Origin: Octopus bimaculoides
Lineage: Eukaryota
DNA length: 63,326 nt
Assembly (NCBI RefSeq): GCF_001194135.2
Contig: NC_068999.1
Coordinates: 15,465,500-15,528,825, forward strand
Direction: 5' to 3'
Below the pieces are notes generated by a model. That model searched no databases. It had not been told where the DNA came from and worked only from the letters and a program-made list of their open reading frames with translations. Position numbers and translations under genes: made by a program. Shown here in pieces: positions 40,536 through 54,389 of this stretch (positions are counted from its first letter, which is position 1; each line of letters starts with the position of its first letter).

Positions 40536-41429
40536 ACTGTGAAATAATAATAATAATAATTCAGTGAAATCTCTTCCTCTCATATTCTTCCCTATCTTTG
40601 TGTGCGTGTGTCGGGTTACATTTCTCTATGTACATTTATGTATGTATGCCTGTGTGCGCGCATGTATGCATGTATGTGTCCGAGCGTTGAATCTTAAAAG
40701 CCAGCTTAGAACAATCGGATATGTAAGCAACGGTGAAGAACAAATCAGCTTAACAAAGAAATAAAATACCAATCCCTTTAAAACGGCAACCGCTTGTGCC
40801 AACGGTAGCAGAATCACCTACGCATTCAAAGCATTTTGCCAAAGGCCCTTCAGCAAAAGCGCACCCTGTTAAGCTCAGAGACTACTACTAAATTCATGCC
40901 ACGATGTTCTTGAAGCCGAGGATTTTAAACCTACGGAGACAATATTTACATATCGCCTGAGGAAACACAACTACATCTCAGAATCCAGGGAAACAGTTGC
41001 ATAATCAAGTACCTGCACACCTGGAGAAATACGTTGGATGGAAGCAATTGTGATTAAAAATTAAATGTACAATCGTACCCCTTCTTGCTTGACTCCAATT
41101 TTTTTCAATTATCTATTCACACACGACAGACGCCCAAACGCAAGCCCGTGACAGGGTAGATCGGGGGTGGGCAAGCTTTATACTGTACTTCACTACGTTC
41201 TTAACAAAATATACTATACCTATATATATGCATACACATGTATATATATATATATTTAAATATACGTATATCGTTAAACGGAACACACTTATTGACCTGT
41301 ATCAATTACGTCATGAATAAAACAATAAATCTTGCAATCGTAAAAATATAGATATATTATTTAATGAAATACACTCTTGTGTGATTGTAAGTAGTGTTTC
41401 TTTTCTGCTGTTTATTTATAAACTAATGG

Positions 41430-41960
41430 ATTTGTGTTTGTGTGTGTGTGTGTGTGTGTGCGGATATGTGTGCGTATGTGCGTATGTTCGTGTGTGTGTG
41501 TGTATGTGTGTGTATGTAGATGCCTGCTTGTATACATATGAAAATTATGTAATTTACGCTCTTCCAATTTTTGGAATCGATTATTCTCCATATACAAAAA
41601 TATACGTGTGTATGTACATGTGTATCAATATGCAGTTGTATGTATGCCTGAAGAAATGTATTCATATATATATATATATGCTTGTTTGTATATATGTATA
41701 TACTTAGCCATATATGTATGTATGTATGTATGCATGCATGTATGTATGTATGTATGTATGTATGTATGTATGTATAGAGAGAAAGTGAAAGAGAGAGACA
41801 CAGACAAATAGACATAGAGAGAGAGATGAGTGTGTGTGTATATTTATATATATTTCTAGAAACGTTTACACACGAAGAATATTTTTTCTTTTGTTCTACA
41901 TTATAACCTTGATCAATAATTTGATCTTTCAAGACGCTTTGTTTGTTTGTTTTGTATGAA

Positions 41961-42003
<43 letters not shown>

Positions 42004-42027
42004 TTGTGTGTGTGTGTGTGCGCGCAT

Positions 42028-42065
<38 letters not shown>
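41430..42065. repeat. (TG)n/(TATG)n microsatellite field
   Basis: Directly visible. Confidence 0.95.
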
Positions 42066-42869
42066 GATTGCATGTTTTGCTCGCTATGTGTGCGCACGTA
42101 CAACTAGTTCTTCAATAGGCTCACCTGAATACACATCTACAAGAAGAAATCGATCAAAATATCTAGTTCCTATTCAGAACACTAAAAAATTACTAAACAA
42201 TAGTGAACAATATATCTTCATAATAAATCCTTAAAATCGATACATTTATGCATTTATATTCAACATTATTAGTGGGTGACAGATTTATGAATCTAATCCA
42301 CTGACAATTTATTAGGTCTTGCCATTAATATTACCATTTATCACTATGTTTCCTACAGTTTTATGCGTGTTTCTACTGCATTACTAAATGAGCTTTTCAG
42401 AGGTGTGTGTAAGCATTGCCATTTGAGGATCTACAAATTTGTTTTCATAAAACATCAGATTTACTTCGTTGTTTATATTCTTTTCTTGCACGTGGACTTA
42501 TTTTATGTTTTCTCGGGTTGTCTAGTTTATTTTTTATACATGCTCTATCGTGTGTGTTCCGTACTTGAAATTGTAATGTCGGACAATAATTGAGTAGAGT
42601 TTGTAGCTTATGGGTTGTCTTATATTAACAAGTATAATACCAGTTGTTTGAGTGGTTATGTATTACCTTATATAATTTATATGATTAGGCTGGAAAAACA
42701 AAAGCTCTATCGTAGTAAAGATTGTTTGCCAACATAACATGGCAGTCCTGGCTATACGACACGATCTGTGTCCTTATATTTTCGAACAAGGAAATCTAGC
42801 ACCCCCACTCAACTCAAAACAATATCTGGGCATCGCGATTTCTGGGTTATTTCTCTTTATCAGCACAGA

Positions 42870-43700
42870 ATAATTGTTCAGCTAGAGGTGGCGCTGCCAA
42901 ATTCCCGTTCCTATTTAGCTAATTGTTGATCCGTAAAATTCTTCAGGTCTCTAAGCAAAGAAACACGCCAATTCATTTTTACCCACATTACAATTGATAA
43001 AGGTGTTTCCCTTCTAAATAAAGTTGCAATGATCTGAAACGATGATTGTGAGATGAATCGTAGTCAGAAGAGAAAGGAGGGTAACAATAAAATTTCATAT
43101 TTATAGCTGTAGTCTTTTCCCGAAGGATTTGGGTAATATGTTATCTAGCATTATCGTATAAGAGCAACACCCATTTACGGTTGACGAATTGTGAGTGCAT
43201 GTTCTCCATATTTTTGCGTAATGCTTCAAATTTACGACTACTTCTCTGTTCAAAATAAATGCATTGATTCTGTGTAACACTTCATGATGCGTAACACTTC
43301 ATGAAACTCTCCGTGTGCCAAGAAAGGCAGAACATAAATTTTTCGGATGTAGTTCTGCTTTGGAAATGGAGCATTGGACACTTCTTTGACTAATCTTTTT
43401 TTTAGAAGCAATGAAACGATGAGGGATCCCCTGAAGAAATATAGACATATTTGTTAGTTCATACAGGCTGTTTTGATCGAAGTGTAACTCAAATTTAACC
43501 ATTGTGTCGATTCTTGTATTGTTTGATTTGAATTTTCTTCAAATACTGTTTTTGAACGCTCACTATTGACAAAACACCATCAGATCAAGGGCAGACAACG
43601 AAAGAAAAATGATTCGAATGAAACTGGCCAAATCGTCGTTGGTATTTCCGGGCACTTAGAGCTTAATTTCCAAATATAAAACGAATATTTCTCATTGCAT
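42870..43700 (-). mobile_element. Degenerate mariner transposon
   Basis: MRNIRFIFGN*ALSARKYQRRFGQF; KTVFEENSNQTIQE; KAELHPK; FVNRKWVLLLYDNAR; YPPFSSD...HRFRSLQLYLEGK. Confidence 0.85.
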
Positions 43701-44146
43701 CCATTGCTGAAAAAAACATTTATTATTTCTTTTCTTTGTGCTCGCCCGTGTGCGTGTGTGTGTTTTCTTAATTCACAAAGCTTGCAGTATCTGATATAAG
43801 TCTATTCTTTTCTCATTTTAAAAGAGTAAAATTCCTTGATATTTAAGCACAATGGTAAGAAGTAATCTGCAAAGAAAGAAAGAAAAATAGTATTTGGGGA
43901 AAAAAAAAACTTATGCATATTCTATTATAATTATTGAAAAAGTATTTTCAAAATAAACTTGCGAAAAATGCGACAATACTTCCTTTCCCGCCTAATTGAT
44001 TATTATTGTGCAGTCTGTGTATTGTATGCAGTGAGTCAACTATTTGAGTTGTTCTATAGAATTGAAAATGTCTTGTGGGTTACGTCTAAATGCAGTATCT
44101 TTTGAACTTTGTCTAACGTTGCAAGCATTGTTACATTTCTTTATTA

Positions 44147-44205
<59 letters not shown>

Positions 44206-44479
44206 GTAGTTATTTTCAGTTTCAAGATTTGTTATTTTTCGTCATTTTCCTCAACATATATATCTATAATAGGTTATTCGGAATGTGTCGAGTTTTCGAA
44301 CTGTATCCAGATGATTTCCTTATAGTGCTGGATAATTACATCTAGAAGTTCTATTTCCTCATTCTTTCACCAATCTTGAAAGGGATATCTGAATTAATAT
44401 GACCGTGGTTTTGACATGTATAGTGTTTGGTACATGACCTGTTCATAACACTTTATTTCTTTGCCAATAGATATATTAG

Positions 44480-44687
44480 AATAATCCTTGAAAATCTTGA
44501 AATTTTGGAGGAGGGGGTTAAGTCGATAACATTAACCCCAATACTAAACCGGTACTAAATTTATCGAACCCGAAAGGATGAAAAGCAAAGTCAACCTCGG
44601 TGAAATTTGAACTCAAATGTAAGAACGGACGAAATGCTGCCAAGCACTGTGTCCGGCGTGCTAACGATCCTGCCAGCTCACTGCCCT
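44480..44687 (-). mobile_element. Meta-domain SINE (family B), full length
   Basis: Reverse complement of the family B head, core and tail. Confidence 0.85.
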
Positions 44688-44889
44688 GATGTAACGGTAT
44701 GAAATTCTGTCACAAAGCCAGCGATATTGGGTTGGGTGGCGGTGGCGGTTAAGACGGTTACGTTGATTCCAGTGTTCAACTGGCAGCCATTTTATCAAAC
44801 CCTGAAGAATGAAAGACTAAGTCGGCCTTATTACTGTTGTCGTCGTTGTCTTCTTCATCTTCGTTGTTGTTGTTCTTATTATTATTAAT

Positions 44890-45086
44890 GGCGAGCAGGC
44901 AGAACTGTTAATATGTTGGACGACGAAATGCCTAGTGCTATTTCGCCCGTCGCTACGTTCTGAGTTCAAATTCTGCTGAGGTCGACTTTGCCTTTCATCC
45001 TTTCAGGCTGATAAATTAAGTTCCAGTGAACAGACTGTTCTCCTCCCCTCAAATTTCAGGCCTTGTGCATTTAGTAGAAAGGATTA
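44890..45086 (+). mobile_element. Meta-domain SINE (family B), full length with internal deletion
   Basis: ggcgagcaggcagaac...gagttcaaattctgctgaggtcgactttgcctttcatcctttc...ggccttgtgcatttagtagaaagg. Confidence 0.85.
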
Positions 45087-45484
45087 TTATCAATGGCGAT
45101 GGAAAACCATGAGCGGTACACCAACGACAAAATAACTTGAAAAATTGCCCTACCTGAATTATCTCTCTGTTGTTTTTTTGATTTTTTTTTTTTTTCGTAT
45201 ACTCACATCAACATGACTTTCGTCCCACATAATACAAATACGACTATTACAAACAACGCACTGAGGCCGATGTAATCTTCAGCAAGAAAATGACACCCTA
45301 ACTTTTTGAATACTTTTCAAAAATGTTTAAAAATAAAGATGATAAAAGTTTCGGGGGCAAAATTCGATGGATTTCTAAATTAAGTGTCTACATGTATTAC
45401 GCTACGTTTATCTACTTTCTGAGTTACCTTACATGGAAAGCCCCATGTAAGGTAACTCTCTCTCTCTCTCTCTCTCTCTCTTTT

Positions 45485-45542
<58 letters not shown>

Positions 45543-45935
45543 CGTCTATCTATCTACCTATCTTTCTTTGTGTGCGAGAATATTTCTCATTATATGTATG
45601 AGGACAGAGTAAGTGTTTATGGAAATTGTGATCAATTAACAAATTGTGATACATCTCCATCTCCCTCTCTCACTCTCTCTATCTGTATGAAGATATTTCT
45701 ACACGCGAGCGTGTGTGTGCGTACGTTTGGTTCCTGTGATGAAAGGTTCTGTCGCCAAAGGAGGCTCAAAGTTCAATCAGCCATGCCAAATACCCAGCGA
45801 CCGTTGAAACTACGCCAAATTGTCTGCTTACTTACCAATCAGCCGCCTTCAACTGGCACTCTTATTCTCTACCACCAGCTACAGAAATATATACAAATTA
45901 TTTACAAATTATAAAAATATTTTCAAAATTCTGTA

Positions 45936-46014
45936 CAGTACTGTTTCTCCGCGGAATTTCCCCTATCGCGGGGTTTTGGTAAACTTAACACCTGCGATAG
46001 TCGAGAGATTACTG
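45936..46014. mobile_element. 79-bp Tigger/pogo-like MITE remnant
   Basis: TA|CAGTA...TACTG|TA termini with TA flanks; internal inverted ctatcgc/gcgatag. Confidence 0.5.
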
Positions 46015-48399
46015 TATTCATTTTACACAACGGCAATATAATTTCTCTAAATTTCATCCTCAACTTTCTTAAACTGAAATGTATTGTATTTACATTGCAT
46101 CGCAAACTATGTTCGTTACAGGTTTAAATTATGCCAATCAGTAGTTTGCTACATTTCTAAATGCAAGAACGAGAAAGGAACATACGTAGCTCTATGTTGA
46201 ACGAATATCCTAAAGATTTGATACTTTATTTATTGAATATGTTTTTCGTCAATGTATAAAGGCAATATGAAGCTGCCTAGAACGGACGCGCCCAGCGACA
46301 CATGGTTGAAAGTGAAATTTCTTAACCGCATAGCGATCGAAGTGCCCAGTTTAGACTTACAATTCTAGAATAGTTTTGTATATGTCAAGTAACTGTCACT
46401 TGAGTATACTATTTATTTGTTGCTGATGCAATTCCTTTTTTTTTTTTTTTTTTACTTAATTTTGTTGTCTTCCATTCGTGTGAATTAATTCATCGTGTTT
46501 GTAAAACATTTACCGTGAACTCTCCTGAAAGCTATCTATAAACCAATTTCTGACAACATTTCACCAAAATCAATGTTCAGTCAGCTATGTGTTTTAATAA
46601 AATCTATTTTGGAAACCTTGAATGACTCACAGTCTATTGTTTTTCTCATGATTTAACACATTCTATAGGGCAGTTCTAGATGCCCAGACAGATTATATTT
46701 TTCATAAGATGTTACTCGCATTTACCTTACTTATTTAAAAATTTCCTTAGAAGAATATAATAGATTACAAAAGAAACTTTATTTTATACTTTAGATTACG
46801 AAATCACAAACACTGGTCTGCGATACGTTCAATATTTTCGCTTAGAATATCTCTTGTATCAGAATGATCAAGATATCTTCAAAGAATTCAATAGAACAAA
46901 TATTTCATTTACCATACTTAGTGCGATAACCTTCCTCCGGATACAACAGTTTCAGAACTTCAGCAATTAAAAATGCTACATCATATGAAGTTATTTATAT
47001 AAGAATATTGATTTCTAACTTAGGCACTTAGCCACATATTTGCAGAGGAAGAATATAGAGGAAGAAATCGACACCAGTAATTGACCGATGCGTTTTTGTA
47101 GAGAGCACACGTGGCTGTTTCTATGCGGTCATGTGTTTTCAGTTACATGTAGTTGTTTTTGTATATTGTCACATTTTATTTGCCGAATCTTCCAATTCAC
47201 ATATCTGAAAATAGGTCCAGACAACTAAAACATCACAGTTGTAAATGATTAGTTATTGTGCTGTGCTGAACGGGGTTCTTCTTTGTATTCTACTTTCGAT
47301 AGACGTAAGATCGATCAAACAAATATGCACAAGATAGAGTTTCATCAAATATGTTTGAAGTTGTCCGAATTGAGATTTTAGTATATGGTCTGTAACTGGA
47401 AAGATTGGTTGACTGTATGCTATCACAATTAGTGTGAAGAAAATATAACAAAATATGTGTGTTGTCGCAGCTTTTCTTCAAGTTCTTTACATTCTGTATT
47501 CAAATTCCACCAAGTTTGTCTATGCTTTCAGGGTCTGTAAAATAAGCACCAGCCTATTACTGGAGCCGATGTACTTCGATTCTCCTCTCAGCAAAATTTT
47601 ACTAACCATATGCCAAAATTCGAAAATATTTTTGATTCTGTTGGCACAAAATCCTTTTACTTCTACTTATAAATTAGTGGCATTCAAATCCTTTGCTTGA
47701 TAAGGCCACAGTATGAAATCGACAAGCACCATTATTTTTACTATTTCTTCATATGCAAACTGAGACGGATACATCATTAGATTAATGACTTGTTAAAGTA
47801 GTAATTACACTAAGACCACATCACTTTCACAGTATTGAATCTGTTCAGTGTAGCAATATTGACTGAGTCTGTAAAAGGAAAATACCTAACCAGAAGCAAA
47901 TAGCACTACTATTTGCTAGTGGCTAAGTATTTTCCTTTTAAAAATCTTTTGATGTTTTCTTGAGCCTCTGTGTTCACATTAATTTCCCAATATTTGGAAA
48001 ATAATAACCTCACACTTGAAGTGATAAAATGAATTTAACGCTAATTAGCACCAATTAAGAATCACCTGTTCTAGTCATTAGCGTATCGTGTATAAAGTAT
48101 AAGGTGTATTTATATTCGTATGTTAACAACGAGCGAAATTCAGAGACTGCCAACCCTGTTTCAGACAATTACTGTTTCGTTTCCGAATAACTGGTGACCA
48201 AATAGTTACTCAGTGTTTCACACATCCGTGTTGCTAAAAGTAAAACTATCACACTTTATATGTTGATTCAATTGGAAGTGATATGTAGGTTTTGAGTTTT
48301 TGCTTATTAGTCGGAAGCTGCGTGTGATTCACATGTATGTGTTTAAAACTGATATTTAAGACGGGTATAAAATCTCACATTTCCTCAGGAGGTATATCC

Positions 48400-48690
48400 G
48401 ATTAAATCTACCCACATAATTTAATTAACTATTTTATCGAAGCAAGAACGTTAAGAGGTACGATTAACCATGACATGATGTAAATCGAGAACGTAAATGG
48501 AAGTTTAGGCTTAATCTGTATTCACACACACGTTCAAACCGTCGACTACAGCCGTTGAGTAACATTCCAGTACTTCCATGGCAAAACAAATAAGTGACAT
48601 AAACACAGCAATGAAATTTTTTGATGAGAACATCGAATAAACTGCCATAAACTATTTGCTTAGTCAAGATAATTAGGCGAATCTTTAGTA
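48400..48690 (-). mobile_element. Ancient RTE-like relic
   Basis: VYVTYLFCHGS...RFER...RLSLNFHLRS parallels VY...STLLYGS...ERRLNxFHLRC. Confidence 0.4.
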
Positions 48691-48882
48691 CACCGGAGAA
48701 AACGCTTAGGAGCATTTCGCCAGTCTTTATGTGCAGAGTTCAAATTCTGCTGAGATCGACATTTGCCTTTCCTTCTTTCGGGGTCGATGTAATAAAAACA
48801 AGTCGAGCCCTAGGGTCGATGTACTCGACTAGCCCCCATCACCCAATATTTCAGGCTTTATGCCTATAGCAGAAAGGATTGT
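48690..48882 (+). mobile_element. Meta-domain SINE (family B), 5'-truncated
   Basis: gagttcaaattctgctgagatcgacatttgcctttccttctttcggggtcgat core plus tail. Confidence 0.8.
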
Positions 48883-50439
48883 TCTTGGGACACTGACGCA
48901 TATTTTCTCTGAACTTTGTTGATATCAATAGTCGTTTCTAACATATACACTCAATCACAATTTTGCAGACAAGGTATAGGGTTTTTTTTTTTTTGAAGTT
49001 AGGTAATAGTATTACTTGTATTTATAATAAGACTAGTGGATAACAAAAATTGCTTGCTAACATGTGAAAAAGAACTAGGCGAATTATCGCGTCAATTTTA
49101 CTTACGAATCTATCCGTTTCGTGTGAAATTTCTGTCGGGAATGAACAGTCTTTCATACAGACTGGCACGATAAAATAAAATTGTCACTTTATATTATATT
49201 AGTTCAGTGAAGTAACCGACTAAAAGTAAAAGAAATATAAACAAAACCAATAAATTGTAGTGCGCATATTTGGCATAGATTATAACTGAACAACCACAAC
49301 TATTCTGGAGACATTTCCTAGTTAATGTGATAACGTTGTCTGAGTGTGGTATTATTGAGGCCACATTTTTTTAAAGGATAGTAATATATTCTCAGACTGT
49401 GTGAACGCTAAAGTAAATGTTCTCAGGCAGGAGTATAATTATGGGACTTCTCTGTTTGGCAGCCACCTTTCAAGTCCTTCGATTTTCTTGTTCCAATTGA
49501 TTTCAAAATTTGGTGTATTGGTGTAGTTTTGAATGGAAATCATTGACATGAAATTCATTTTCGTCATAAATCAATAAATAAAGAGTTGATAGCCTTCAAA
49601 GTTTGCAAATTTGGAGTAATTTTAGTTGATCGAAAGCCACGGACATATAAGTGCCTGTTTCCCTAGTAACAAGCCAAACTGTTACCAAGGTGCTTACCCA
49701 CGTGATCGGTTTTCGCCTATTAAATGCTTAAAATATATGCGTTATGAGATGGTTCTGAGATTTGCTAAAAATAATAGCTAAGTATGTCTTAAATTACGCA
49801 CCAAATATATTTTGTTTTGGTTTTTGCATAATCGCATGAATTTGTGTGAGTAGAATACAAATTCTCAAAAGTTTTCTGAAGATTCCAAAAGATAAAAAAA
49901 GCATCCTTTGTGTTACATGATGTGCGTAAAGCAGAATTCCACCATTATTTTACAGCTAACAGTTGACAACACGTACTGTCACGCACAAAATGACAGCTTC
50001 CAAATCCTGTTTTCTGACTGGGTAAAAATTATCAAAATTTAAATCTCTCTAATTTTTTTTTTAAATGTTTCTGACAAAAGTGAGTTAACCCCTAAGATTC
50101 AGCGTGGAAAATTATATAAATCCACCAAATTTTAAAATGTTCAGTCAAATTTAAAATTTCCACTGATAACGCCAAACAGAAAAGATCCTAGTTTGGTGTA
50201 GCGTAGAGGGTTTTCTCTTCCTTGTTGCTGTTCTATTGGCTTTACCCCATCAGCCTATTGTGAAAATTGCCCTATCACAAGTTTCAAAACTGGCTCGAGA
50301 CAAAATTTGCTTCTTCCCGAACGTCCTATGTACGTTGCTACAAGTCTAATCCTAAAAGCGACGAATAAAACCATTGTTTTCGTCTTAGAAACACAAATAT
50401 GTCAACCATTATCTATTGTTGCAATCTACTATCCAGTAC

Positions 50440-52350
50440 TCAAACTCCCCTTTAAAATGTCCTAACTGTGCATGCAAACTTTTCATATCTCTATCAACAA
50501 CAAAGACATCCAGGTACTTAGTACCCCAAAAAAAGCATCCAGGTACTTAATACCCAAAATCTCCGCCTCACACATTTCACTTGTTTTGCCTCCAGACACC
50601 TTAAACTTCTAACGACTCTTCGATTATATTGTTTCTTACTTCGAGGATATGAATATCACTCTACTCCTCTCCGATATCACACTGTTGATGACACAAAAGC
50701 TCATAACTTTCTTAGATTTTAGACTCATCTCTGTAGGAGAATTCTAGTGCAAGCACCAAATATATCACTACCTCTGACTCTATAAACTATTTTCAACCCT
50801 TGTATGCATTCTTAATCGATAACTGGATTCTCCAAATAATCTTGCTATAACCAACAATGCCAAAGCCAACACCTGTCAAATGATTGCGGTCCCGAACGCC
50901 ATCTTATCAAATCTACCCAATCAAATTCGAAAGAACGTAATATAAAATTTCACTGCAACAGTTCAAGTGAAACAACGGACTTACAGCTCATGGAGAAAAT
51001 CATCCATCTTTACAAACATAACAGGCCTTATGAAGTATCGTAAATCCTGCATGACATTATGCGAACGAAGACAGATGCCTCTATACATATTCATTTCAAC
51101 AAAGAGTCTCACTTTCCAATCTGCAACCGATTCTTCTGGAACATTCCTAAATAAATCTTAACATTGTGGATTCTATTAATGGTCCATTTATCCAGCATTA
51201 TGACTCTAGGAACAGCAATCTACCGAAGAAAGCACGTTCGAACTCCACACACACTACACACACACACACACACACACACACACTCGCACGCACACGAACA
51301 CAAACTCCCGCACGCGCGTACACACACACACACATACACACTCACACCACAGACTAATCCACCAAACCATACATTTAAACTCGATCAGGCTCATAAACAT
51401 GCACGTATACACACAGAGTGAAAAAAAATACTTCTTCAAAACAACTTAAACACCGGCTCTAGAGGAATTCCAACCTCGTTTCGTGAATCTCTACCTCAAC
51501 ACCTCCTTTATAGGATCCAGCAGATAAAGACATCATGAGGAAACACGTCCAGTTAGGGCCCCTACTCTTCTACCGTTTTCGACGTCACGGGGCCCCTCCT
51601 TTCGGAGGTTTCTTCAGCTCTGGTGTTGAGTGCGTTTCTTCTTTCTCCATTTTTTTTCTTCTTTGGTTCTTCGATGCAGCGTCATCGAATGCCAGCGGGC
51701 GACTGACCATCTTGCCAAATTCACCATTAAATACTCGCCGGTAAGCTCCAGCAGCCAGCACCAGCTAACTGTCATGTGACACTATCTAAGCTTCAACTGA
51801 CCAATGGAGGGGAAGGACGCGCAGCTTTAGCCCATGCCCTCTCTAAACCTGCCTTTCAAAAGTGTCGTGTTAGTTTCAGTTTGGAAGCGTGCCACAGATA
51901 GTAATATCCGAAGAAAGATAGCCCTTCTTAGCAAGTCAGCTACCGCCCCACCCTATTCATTTCCAGTATTTCCAATTTAACAAAAACTCTCAAATGCTTG
52001 ACTGCCCCTTACACCAGTGCAGCATTTATAAAGCTAATTTTCTTCTCAAAACTATTAAGCTCCCGTTATCAAAAAATCTAATAAGAAGACGTTGTCATAC
52101 ATCTCAACGACAGAACTGATTTTAATCTGTAACTCGCTTTAACTCCTGTTAAAAATACCTTCGTAAGCTCCTTACAGTCTATCCACTCTCATATCAAAAC
52201 CACTGCCAAACAGATGTCCTGTCTTTTTTCTCTGGTTTTCATCCAGATACTACAATAGCCAATGCTCATATGGAATATCTGTTCTCGTAGCAAATCAACA
52301 TATCAATTTTCGTTCCCAGAAAATTAATCCCTTAGATTTCTCTCCTTTTT
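50440..52350 (+). mobile_element. Two degenerate CR1/L2-like LINE relics (50440-51240 and 51650-52350)
   Basis: HISINNKDIQVLS..., VWKRATDSNIRRKI..., KANFL, SGFHPD...IP*ISLL; C-rich sense strand; heavily frameshifted. Confidence 0.35.
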
Positions 52351-52689
52351 GTTTTTAACAGCTATTCACAAGTAACACGAATGCAGCAAACATTATTCGT
52401 CTCTGAAAATCTGCGAAAAGAAGTGGGACATGAATAAAACCATTTCTTGTAGAATCAATTGAAAAAACAAGAAATACTAGCTGAGAAAAAGCGGGATAGT
52501 CATTATGTTATTTCTCATATTTTGAGTAGATTGCAAATTTCATGAGTTTTACCGCCCTCGAAATCCAGTGAGTTTGGCTCAGTTAATATTCCTCTGAAAT
52601 GCTGAAAATGATATAGATACTGAGGATATTCCATTGGGTCTTTGTAGGAAGAACTAAGCGTTATGTAAGGTTTGGTAGTTGGGCAAAAT

Positions 52690-52890
52690 AGGCACAAGGC
52701 CCGAAGATTTTGGGGAGGGGGCTTGCCGATTAGATCGACCCCGTAACGTGACCGCTACATAATTCATCGACCCCGAAAGGATGAAAGTCAAAGTCGACCT
52801 CGGTAGAATTTGAACTCAGAACGTAAAGACAGACGAAATATTGCTAAGCATTTCGCCCGGCATGCTAACGTTTCTGCCATCACGCCGCTT
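52690..52890 (-). mobile_element. Meta-domain SINE (family B), full length
   Basis: cgaccccgaaaggatgaaagtcaaagtcgacctcggtagaatttgaactcagaacg is the reverse complement of the core. Confidence 0.9.
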
Positions 52891-52984
52891 CAGTTGGGCA
52901 AAATATGAGTAACGAATAAAGGAGAGCTGAGTAAGCATGCCACGAATACCTGGATGGAATAGACACAAAAATACCAAGCGACTA

Positions 52985-53048
<64 letters not shown>

Positions 53049-53068
53049 TGTTGTTGTTGTTGTTGTCG
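52985..53068. repeat. (TAG)n followed by (TTG)n
   Basis: Directly visible. Confidence 0.98.
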
Positions 53069-53099
53069 TAAGGATTGAGAGAGAAGACATCGTCGCGTC

Positions 53100-53613
53100 T
53101 GTAAGTAATAGATTCGTTCCGGGTGATATACCTGCGCAAGATTAGGCGTTGTTAGAAATGGACTTATTGGACTTGTCATTCGTCGATAGGTTACAAGAGT
53201 GAGATGGGTACACATTCGAATCCGGACGGACACCTACATTTTGATAAGGTGCCAATGATAGCTTCATCGGCAAACACTGTGGTATTGAGACCTGACAGGT
53301 CACTACCGGCCCAATAAATGATGAAACCGATAAGCTTGTAGTTTGGACCGGAGATTCGAACGTCAAACACCAACGAAGGAGTGCGGAAAAGTTCCTGCCT
53401 TGGGTAAAAGAAAATACAAGAGGATCAGTTAATTATGATTTTATTCAACATATTGTCCTCTCAGATTCACATACTTATGGTAGCGGTCCTTCAATTTTTG
53501 TAAATCTTATAAATGAACTTGAAAGTTTGGCCTGCAGTGAGGCCTTTCGCAACGCCCTTAAAACCAGTAACTTTTCAACGCCCCTTGGATATAGGTTCAA
53601 CCGCTTGCTTTAA
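53100..53613 (+). mobile_element. Ancient RTE-like APE endonuclease relic
   Basis: ALLE...DGYTFESGRTP...GPIND...HIVLSDSHTYG parallels ALSE...GGYTFFWSGRP...GIND...LILLGDFNARVG; 53296-53613 is stop-free. Confidence 0.45.
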
Positions 53614-54389
53614 ACAATTACATCATGGCAATATATTTCCAATGGGGACACACATATCTTGTGTATTCGGAATTCATGACGTAAACTAAATTAGCTAAAT
53701 ACTTCAAAGAACATTTTCTGTTGTTCCACATATATTACTATTCTAAAGCAACACGTATTTATTCACTTAGTGACTACTGAACTTCATAACAAGGTGAGTC
53801 TCATACCCAGATTTCCACTTGCAGACATTTCATTCTTTAACAAATATATTTATTCGTGTTATAAGCAATGCTTGAGCAAATTTCCAATTCACTATTTATC
53901 CTATAAATCTCATGTCTTGTCGTCGTCTGAAAAATAAATCGATCTAATCGATTTTTTTTCTTTATATTTCAATTTCATAGAACAAAGATATGAGAAATAG
54001 TTTTACTTATATATGAAAAATGCATGAATGACTCTTGATTTCATTATCTTTCTCTTTCACAGTTGATGCCCTCTTGCATGAAAAAAGATTGTAAAGCTAT
54101 ATTTGTGTTTGTCTCGGGTACATGTAACAACGGTATTTAAGAATGGTAAAGCTGTACAAGGAGGAAAAAGTGCAGGTGAAGGAGTGATAATATACTTAGT
54201 CAAATCAACCTGAAAAAGTGCAGGACAAGGAGTAATAGAAGCTTTAAAATGTTGCTACTGAAGTTGGAATTTGAACATAACTAAGCTATCGTTTCAGTGA
54301 GTTCGGAAAGAAGAAAAGAATTAGAGGGAAATACAGGGTGCTTTGGGCAGTATAATCGTAATGTTGTTGAATTTAAACGGCCATATTTC

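Noticed and set aside
42878-42897. CTCF-like agaggtggcgct
   Set aside because: Mismatches the core and lies within a mariner relic.
49420-50170. Possible Kolobok- or piggyBac-like non-autonomous DNA element
   Set aside because: Resemblance from memory only; I could not identify paired TIRs or a TSD.
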